A DNA stretch of 64,000 bases from Histomonas meleagridis 2922-C6/04-290x (taxonomy: Eukaryota > Protista > Parabasalia). This document shows positions 56,146 to 64,000 of the stretch, piece by piece. Every line of letters begins with the position of its first letter. The first letter of the stretch is position 1. Under the pieces are notes generated by a model. It made no database searches. It saw only the letters and a list, made by a program, of their open reading frames with translations, and was not told where the DNA came from. The position numbers and the translations under genes are program-made. The stretch is from the NCBI GenBank assembly GCA_020184695.1, contig JAANOX010000080.1, forward strand, positions 295,580 through 359,579, in the 5' to 3' direction.

Positions 56146-56634
56146 TCAATTTGGTTCGAAAATTTCATTAAAAGAATGAAATTCTTGTGAAATTGGATAT
56201 GTCTGATTTTCAAAAGTTTGTATTTGTTGCTGGCTATTCATCAAGTTCATAAACACTTGGAAATTAGTTTGAAAATCATTTTGAATTTGGTTTCTACTTT
56301 GAAGCATGGCTTCTTGAGCCATTCTTTTTTCGCGTGCTTTCTCATAGCGGTAATCTGGATTCTGTCTCTTAAATTCTGCTTGGAGTTCTTTGGCTTTTTC
56401 TTTATATGGGCGTCTCTGTGACTCATCAAGAGCTTTCCACAGCCCCCCAAGCATTCTTGATATTTCAATATTTGGAAGTTCTGGATGCTGTCTTCGAAGG
56501 TCTGTTCGTTTGTTCAAACAAAAAAGAATATATGCATTTGGAGGTCTTCGTTGTTTCTTTGTGTTTACATTGTTATCTGTGAAATTTGGATTGTTTAGGA
56601 TTGGATCAGTAAACAATATTTCATTGAAGTCCAT
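56146..56634 (-). CDS. HMG-box (SOX/MATA-type) protein
   Basis: RRPPNAYILFC...HPELPNIEISRMLGGLWKAL...RPYKEKA...FKRQNPDYRY. Confidence 0.92.
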   Translation of the reverse strand: MDFNEILFTDPILNNPNFTDNNVNTKKQRRPPNAYILFCLNKRTDLRRQHPELPNIEISRMLGGLWKALDESQRRPYKEKAKELQAEFKRQNPDYRYEKAREKRMAQEAMLQSRNQIQNDFQTNFQVFMNLMNSQQQIQTFENQTYPISQEFHSFNEIFEPN

Positions 56635-57053
56635 TTCTCCAGAACAATAGATTTATTTCGGTTTAGAATTACCGATAATTTTTTTGTCAGCATTTTTGCA
56701 CAGAAAATTTGCTGACATTAAATTTCACACAAAACCATTGTTACTAACGTTCTCGGAATCTTTGTTGTCCAGAAAACAAATTCATTTTGAAAATGTCTTA
56801 ACTAATTTAAGGTATAAGCACTGGTGATATTTTTGGTCGTTTTTTGTATCATTTTTTGTTTTTTAATTCATGTTTCAAATACCAATTTGTGATTGATTTA
56901 TAGTATATAAAAAAATTTCATTTTATTATCCATTTCTGTGTGTTTACATCTATGTCAAATATTCGTCACCTATTTCTGAAGAAATCGCTCGGCATTGTGA
57001 GCCTTCAAAATGTTCCGTTTACTTTTAATTGTTTGATGAACAACAAACCTCAA

Positions 57054-57345
57054 ATGTCACAAACAATGATAAAAAGAAGGTGTGACATAATAGAACTGAT
57101 AGGTCAAGGTAAAAATAATAGTGAAATACATAGAATTATTAGGTACTCTAAGGATCCTCATACGAGATGTGCGTAATAAGCTTCAAAACGGAACTGTTTT
57201 GGAACAAGCTAAGCAGCCTGGACGACCTTTTATCTAAAATCAAGATTTGATTGACGATGTCGAATCAATGACAATTGCAAACAGAAGAATGTCAACAAAA
57301 TCAATTTCTGAAATACTTGAAGAAAAAATCGAGAAAAGGAGTTGA
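57054..57345 (+). mobile_element. Tc1/mariner-type transposase remnant (N-terminal DNA-binding part only)
   Basis: MIKRRCDIIELIGQGKNNSEIHRIIRYSKD (HTH), then after a frameshift IRDVRNKLQNG...KQPGRPFI*NQDLIDDVESMTIANRRMSTKSISEIL (GRP linker and second HTH). No DDE domain or TIRs identified. Confidence 0.65.
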
Positions 57346-57511
57346 TCCAATCCATTTGAAGGTTTTAAAAGTGTCATTTTCGCTAAATTGCATCTTTTGT
57401 ACAAAAATATTTCATAATGCAATCTGGTTTAAATGGATTTATGAAAAATGTTTTAGAAAATATATAACATGTTAAAAAAAAAAATATAATTGTCATGCTA
57501 TATGGCAAGAT

Positions 57512-57970
57512 CTATACAGGATTGAATTTTTTTCTTTTTCGACTTTGAATAAATTTATTCAATAAGTTTTTAGAATGATAACAATTCTTTACCAAAATGG
57601 AATTCAAATAATTTCCTTTATCTGTTATATCATCTTGATTTGCTTCTTTTTTACGAAACATTTCAATTATTTCGGTATAATCATTTTCTTTTGCATACAT
57701 GTATGCTGTCCAAAATACTTTGAAATACATAATCATTTTTGGTATTTATATCAACATCTTTTTGTGTAAGAAGTAATTTAACTATTTCAGTATGTCCACT
57801 TTAAGATGCTTATATAAGAGGTTTCTTAAATAAAAAAATAATTACCATAAAAAATTTAAAACATGAAATTATTTGTGGAAATGTTTTATGAAATTAATAA
57901 ATACTTTGAGTATTATATCAATTCTTTCTTTTTAAATAATATTTTGATTATTTTCTTGTAACCATTATAT
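57512..57970 (-). pseudogene. Ankyrin-repeat gene remnant abutting the satellite
   Basis: Minus strand: NGYKKIIKILFKKERIDIILK, an 80-nt AT-rich gap, KPLI*AS*SGHTEIVKLLLTQKDVDINTK, a 25-nt gap, WTAYMYAKENDYTEIIEMFRKK. Confidence 0.75.
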
Positions 57971-60263
57971 TATTCACTTCATTATGTAATTCCATTTCTT
58001 ATTCATTCACTTCATTAAGTAATTCCATTTCTTATTCATTCACTTCATTAAGTAATTCCATTTCTTATTCATTCACTTCATTAAGTAATTCCATTTCTTA
58101 TTCATTCACTTCATTAAGTAATTCCTTTTCTTATTCATTCACTTCATTAAGTAATTCCATTTCGTATTCATCCACTTCATTAAGTAATTCCATTTCTTAT
58201 TCATTCACTTCATTAAGTAATTCCATTTCTTATTCATTCACTTCATTAAGTAATTCCATTTCTTATTCATTCACTTCTTTAGATAATTCCTTTTCTTCTT
58301 CATTCCCTTCATTTAAGTAATTCCATTTCTTATTCATTCACTTCATTAAGTAATTCCATTTCTTATTCATTCACTTCATTAAGTAATTCCATTTCTTATT
58401 CATTCACTTCATTAAGTAATTCCATTTCTTATTCATTCACTTCATTAAGTAATTCCATTTCTTATTCATTCACTTCATTAAGTAATTCCATTTCTATTCA
58501 TTCACCTCATAAACTAATACCATTTTCTTATTCATTCACTTCATTAAGTAATTCCATTTCTTATTCATTCACTTCATTAAGTAATTCCATTTCTTATTCA
58601 TTCACTTCATTAAGTAATTCCATTTCTTATTCATTCACTTCATTAAGTAATTCCATTTCTTATTAATTCACTTCATTAAGTAATTCAATTTCTTATTCTT
58701 ATTCATTATTCACTTCATTAAGTAATTCCATTTCTTATTCATTCACTTCATTAAGTAATTCCATTTCTTATTCATTCACTTCATTAAGTAATTCCATTTC
58801 TTATTCATTCACTTCATTTAGTAATTCCATTTCTTATTCATTCCCTTCTTTAATTAATTCCCCCTTTTCTTATTCATTCACTTCATTAAGTAATTCCATT
58901 TCTTATTCATTCACTTCATTAAGTAATTCCATTTCTTATTCATTCACTTCATTAAGTAATTCCATTTCTTATTCATTCACTTCATTAAGTAATTCCATTT
59001 TTATTCATTCTCTTCATTAAGTACTTCCATTTCTTATTCATTCACTTCATTAAGTAATTCCATTTCTTATTCATTCACTTCATTAAGTAATTCCATTTCT
59101 TATTCATTCACTTCATTAAGTAATTCCATTTCTTATTCATTCACTTCTTTTATGTTATTCCATTACTTATTCATTCACTTCACTAAGTGGGACTCCATTT
59201 CTTATTCATTCACTTCATTAAGTAATTCCATTTTTATTCATTCACTTCATTAAGTGTCATCTCCATTTCTTATTCATTCACTTCATTAAGTAATTCCATT
59301 TCTTATTCATTCACTTCATTAAGTAATTCCATTTCTTATTCATTCTACTTCATTAAGTCAAATCTCCATTTCTTATTCATTCACTTCATTAAGTATTCCA
59401 TTTCTTTATCTCATTCACTTCATTAAGTATCAATTCCATTTCTTATTCATTCACTTCATTAAGTAATTCCATTTCTTATTCACTCACTTCATTAAGTAAT
59501 TGCATTTCTTAGTCTTATTCAGCCTCATTAAGTAATTCCATTTCTTATTCATTCACTCCATTAAGTATCTCCACTTTTCATTCATTCACTTCATTGGGCA
59601 ATTCCACTTTCTTATTCATTCACTTTCATTAAGTAATTCCATTTCTTATTCATTCACTTCATTAAGTAATTCCACTTTCTTATTCATTCACCCCATTAAG
59701 TAATTCACATTTTTATTCATTCACTTCATTAAGTAATTCATGTTTCTGTCATTCACTTCTCATTAAGTAATACCCATTTCTCTATTCATTCACTTCATTA
59801 AGTAATTTCGATTTCCTTTATTCATTCACTTCATTGAGTAATTCCATTTCTTATTCATTCACTTCCACTAAGTAATTCCACTTTCTCTATTCATTCACTT
59901 CATTAAGTAATTCCATTTCTTATTCATTCTCACTTCATTAAGTAATTCCATTTCTCTATTCATTCACTTCATTGAGTAATTTCCATTTCTTATTCATTCA
60001 CTTCATTAAGTAGTTCCATCATTCATTTCACCTCCATTAAGTAATTCCACTTTCGTTCATTCACTTCATTAAGTAATTCCATTTCTTATTCATTCACTTC
60101 CATTAAGTAATTCCATTTCTTACTCATTCACTTCATTAAGTAATTCCATTTCTTATTCATTCACTTCATTAAGTAATTCCATTTCTTATTCATTCACTTC
60201 ATTAAGTAATTCCATTTCTTATTCATTCACTTCATTAAGTAATTCCATTTCTTATTCATTCAC
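57971..60263. repeat. 33-bp tandem satellite, ~69 copies (TTCATTCACTTCATTAAGTAATTCCATTTCTTA)
   Basis: Contiguous units without spacers. Near-identical at both ends, with indel noise in many central units. Confidence 0.97.
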
Positions 60264-60307
60264 AAATTTCATTTTCATTTTTTCACATATATATATCAGA
60301 CGTTTAT

Positions 60308-61958
60308 TCACTCCAAGTATTTTCTCTGGTACTCCTGCCTTGTCTTATGGTTTGCCAGCATATCAGTTTCGTTCAGTAATATATTTGTGTACTTAATTAG
60401 CATATCCCTAAACTTCACGTACTGTTCGTAAGTTGGCTTATTTGATGCTCTTTCTACCATTCCCACCAACTTCTCTATTGCTATTTCCATATTTGACTGA
60501 TATATTTCGAACATGTGGAAGTTATCTGTCTTATTATCCATGAGATATGCCTTTGGGTAACTCCAAATGAGCACTGATCTTGCGTCATCGATAGCCTTGA
60601 AGACAGTTTTCATGAATTCTGTTGCAGTTTTCTCGGACATATCTGTTAAGTTACTTATCACTTCTTTCAAAGTTTTCTCACGTGCTTTCTTTTCTAACTT
60701 CTGTGATTGGATATGTCCACTATATCTAGAATGATAAAAGTTAAATCGATTATATTCAATACGATCTAATTCATTCATAGGTGGCGGGTAATATTTCTTA
60801 TCTTTTAAATCAATGTCTTGTTCCTTAATATCAAATTCATTATTCCCAAATTGTAATTTCCCATCGAATTTGTTACACGCAAAATGATCGCCATGCGTCG
60901 CCCAACTATCGCCACACACCCAACAGAACTCATAATGACATTTCCCACATCTCATATAGTTACAGCCGCCTTGCTTCTCAATAGGAGATTTACATTTCGG
61001 ACATTTCTTTGTGATCTTCGCTAACAATTCTTCTGACGTCATTTCAACATTTTGTAAAGCACGAATTTGACGACTTTCGAGAAATTGCCTGAAGTAAAAT
61101 GGCGCATGCTTAGGATCATTCAACATACTTAAGATCGATTGTTGCTCACTTTTAACTGTTTCCCGTTCTTTCATTCGTTCTTTCTCTTTAACTTCATGAG
61201 TACGTCGTAATGAATTAAGTTGATATTGTTCAATCTCAAGTTTCTCTTCGGAATATGTTTTGTCCTTTTTATGTTGCGCAATTTGTTTCTCAAGTTCATT
61301 GATCTCTTTAAGCTCTTCATTAGATAACTCTTTGTGATGTTGTTCAAGTTCTTTGTTTTGGATTTGGTTTTGTCGTTGGATTTCATCGCGATGTTTAGCT
61401 CGATGTGTAACTAAGGCAAGTTCGCGAGCTTCCCATATCGCTTGCGCTTTGACCTTCTTCTCCCACATGACGGATAAGTTCTTCCAAATGATTTGTCGGC
61501 AATTCACGGTGCGCGTAATCTGCAGACATCGCCAACAGATCCGTTTCCCACATGAACATTCAGCAACATTACATGGGCCAACGCAATTGATGGTTAGAAC
61601 TTGTTGACAGCCAGGATTCGTGCATGGTAATAATTCAGAGTCACGTAAAATTTGATCTTCCATAAGGAAATGTTTGAAGTTCTTACATACCTCTGGACCA
61701 CAGTACTCTAATATGTCCGATTCCATGATTTGTTGTGATATCCTTGACCTATAGACGATGGACTTGTTTCGCTTGTATTGAGTTCATGATATGCTCCTTC
61801 CAACAGTCTAAGCAATAACGGTGACCACAGATAAGCTCATAACCACAATCAGAATCACAATAACAAATTCTCAGATCCACTGCAGCACTTTCAAGTCGTA
61901 AAGGAAGATTGCGCCATGGAAAGTGCTCGAATTTCAAAACATTTCTCGCGATTTTCAA
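60308..61958 (-). CDS. Ariadne-like RBR E3 ubiquitin ligase, apparently frameshifted
   Basis: RING1 remnant (CGHRYCLDCW, ORF 61749-61958), IBR (CTNPGC...CSCGKRICWRC), RING2 (CPKCKSPIEKQGGCNYMRCGKCHYEFCWVC), Ariadne-like tail. Frame breaks near 61750 and further upstream. Confidence 0.8.
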
Positions 61959-63020
61959 TAGAGTTTATGGAAACATTGGAACATCCTGATGGTAATGTTT
62001 GTAGAAGAACGAAACATCTCGGAAAACAAAGGTGGTCCAGCTTATATAATGCTATAATATGTGTAAAAGTTCAGAGAAATATCTGTTTCGATGGAGGTTC
62101 TCAATGCAGAGTCAAGCTATTGACTTTAACTTTCTTTCATAAGATAATATCCTTTCGTCCAGTAATTTGATGATATAACATTGTTCATTCGCGTTATCGT
62201 TATCGCAACAATTTTAGTAGAACCATTGAATTAGTTTGTTGCCTCGCAAAAGCCGGAGCTGCAGGTTCCTTCTGTAAGATTCATCTTGATTAGCGCCAGC
62301 CGTAATTTAATAAATGCGCACATTATCCACAAAGAAAAAATGCGAACTTTTTTCGACATTGCCAAAAAAACCTATCGTCATTTGTCAAACATGTGGCGTT
62401 TTGGATTTAATATTTTATATTTTTTAATTTGAAGCATGGATTTGTTTGCAGATGAACTGTTGTAAGAAAAGATTCTTTAAAAAATAGTTTTTTAAAAAGA
62501 ACATGACTTGATATGAATGATTTTTATAAATGGTCGGCGGTTAATATTCAAAAAAAATGTTTTTTGAATGGATGTAAACAATATAGTTCACATCATTTAT
62601 CTGCTAACAATTGGATAAATCTGCAAATATAGTTAAATGATGATAATAAACATTTGATTTAAATAAAATAGCAACCAGCCTTTGAACTGTAATAATATCA
62701 TATAGTCAATAAGAATCTTTAATTAAATTGCATTTTCACTATCAACATTCGTAAAGCTTGAATGAAATCTTTGTGGGCAATTTTATTATAATTGAAAATT
62801 AAAATTTTTGAACAAATTTTATGTGCATTTGTTTTTCTTAAATTTTCATTGCGATCTAAAAAAAGAGGTCTTGCTACGAGGAAAACAGTTTGCAATGTAA
62901 CACTTATAAAAGAATGGACTTAACCCAAAGTTTTGCAAGAATAATTTTTATTTAAACGTATTTCTCTATCGTTACTGCTGTTTAACGTACATCAAACAAA
63001 AGTGACATAATTGGTTCTTA

Positions 63021-64000
63021 ATGAGCGATACCCCAACGCGCCATTACATTAAGAAGACGCCCATTTCACCACGCTCTCATTCCTAGTAACATCCCGAAAC
63101 CAAAAACAAAATAATTATATGTCGTTTAAAATCAAAGATTAACATCAATTGATTTACGCTGGGCAACACCAAACAGTAAATTGTCTTGATGTCGAAAATA
63201 ATAAACTAAATAAATGAATCTATAAAGAATCACCCACAATTATATCTTTAAATTTAACATCAAACTTTCTAACATCATAGTTTTCTACCAAATCTTGAAA
63301 AAATTACATTCACTTCTTCTTTTGATAACTGTAACGTTACTTCTGTTTGAAGGATTTATATTTTCCAAAACCTTCGGTTCTTACTTCGACACAACATCAC
63401 TTTCAAATTTAAACAAATTTCCTGTTCTTCAAATGAAACTATTAATTTATCAGGTGCCACTTGATTGGCATCTAAGACGCCACAATTGTTTGCAGTTGGA
63501 TCAGTTTATTCAAGTATTTCAACGAAAACAATTAATAGAAGAAGAATGAAAATGCTTTTAAACTTTCTCCAATTGTTGGAGAAGTATTACGTCAATGTGA
63601 TCCTCAGAACAAGATGATGAAACTTATTTTCAAAATTCTTACAGAAAAGATCTTGATTTTCTTTCAAGTCAAGGGAGAGCTAACAGATAAGCTCTTCTTC
63701 AAGAAGAAAACAGAAGATGATCATACAATCATTAAATTACCAGAGGATGATTCAACATCAACAAAATGGTACCCTAAACCAACCACCCACAAAACTAATA
63801 AGAATGGGCTTAGCTGAAGAAGTTGGACCCAACACAATTATTAATCAAGACATCAAAACATCACATCATCAAATGTGACTTTGAAATTAAACGTGGTCGA
63901 CTTTTTTTCAATTTATTCTGATCGTCCGTATCTTCTGAAGATAAATATTTATATTTACCATTTCAATTGAACCTAAAATCAGTAAGGAACCTTTAAAGGA
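63021..64000 (+). pseudogene. Leucine-rich-repeat gene with many frame breaks (pseudogene or error-rich consensus)
   Basis: Start MSDTPTRHYIKKTPISPRSH; fragments VNCLDVENNKL, PTIISLNLTSNFLTS and FDNCNVTSV in shifting frames. Confidence 0.5.

Noticed and set aside
57971-60263. CRISPR array
   Set aside because: The 33-bp units are contiguous with no unique spacers, there are no cas genes, and the context is eukaryotic.
57200-60278. TAA reassigned to a sense codon (in-frame TAA in the satellite, ankyrin remnant and Tc1 remnant)
   Set aside because: Conserved genes in the window mostly end at TAA, and the 3430-aa E/K/Q-rich ORF has no internal TAA or TAG. TAA is the expected product of decay in AT-biased DNA.
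63020-63082. GC-richer hairpin (AATGAG...CTCATT) suggesting an ncRNA
   Set aside because: No snRNA, snoRNA or tRNA motifs; the segment reads well as the N-terminus of the LRR gene starting at 63021.

Overview
AT-rich eukaryotic genomic DNA from a parabasalid protist (Trichomonas/Tritrichomonas/Histomonas-like). The assignment rests on the trichomonad-type histone H3 ([17 protein letters not shown]), BspA-like and DUF3447-ankyrin family members, several Myb genes and Inr/M3-like core promoter motifs. About 30 compact, essentially intronless genes are present: Sec20, APC10, BAP31-like, PP2A-family catalytic subunit, ARMC3-like, a 3430-aa coiled-coil protein, two Mybs, SF3B3, Bet3, PP2A B''-like, CKS1, BspA-like, H3, MyTH4-RhoGAP, ropporin-like, a single-domain voltage-gated channel, HTATSF1-like, Trm9-like, Rab, HMG-box and an RBR ligase. 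They alternate with very AT-rich patches of decayed paralogs (BspA, Rab, ankyrin, Tc1-like transposase). Most unusual observations: (1) an ankyrin gene in which three consecutive repeats are each interrupted at the same position by 80-120-nt stop-containing AT-rich inserts built from a 20-bp unit, with no usable GT-AG boundaries, and the same pattern in a second ankyrin remnant; (2) a 2.3-kb array of a 33-bp unit that reads as tandem start-to-stop mini-ORFs (MELLNEVNE*); (3) an exact 202-bp copy of an internal SF3B3 segment lying antisense just behind a neighbouring gene; (4) two candidate 26-28-nt GTACGT..TAG micro-introns next to start codons. The last ~5 kb (59-64 kb) looks indel-rich, probably unpolished consensus, so frameshifts there should be treated cautiously. 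All family assignments come from motif recognition by eye; no database searches were run.
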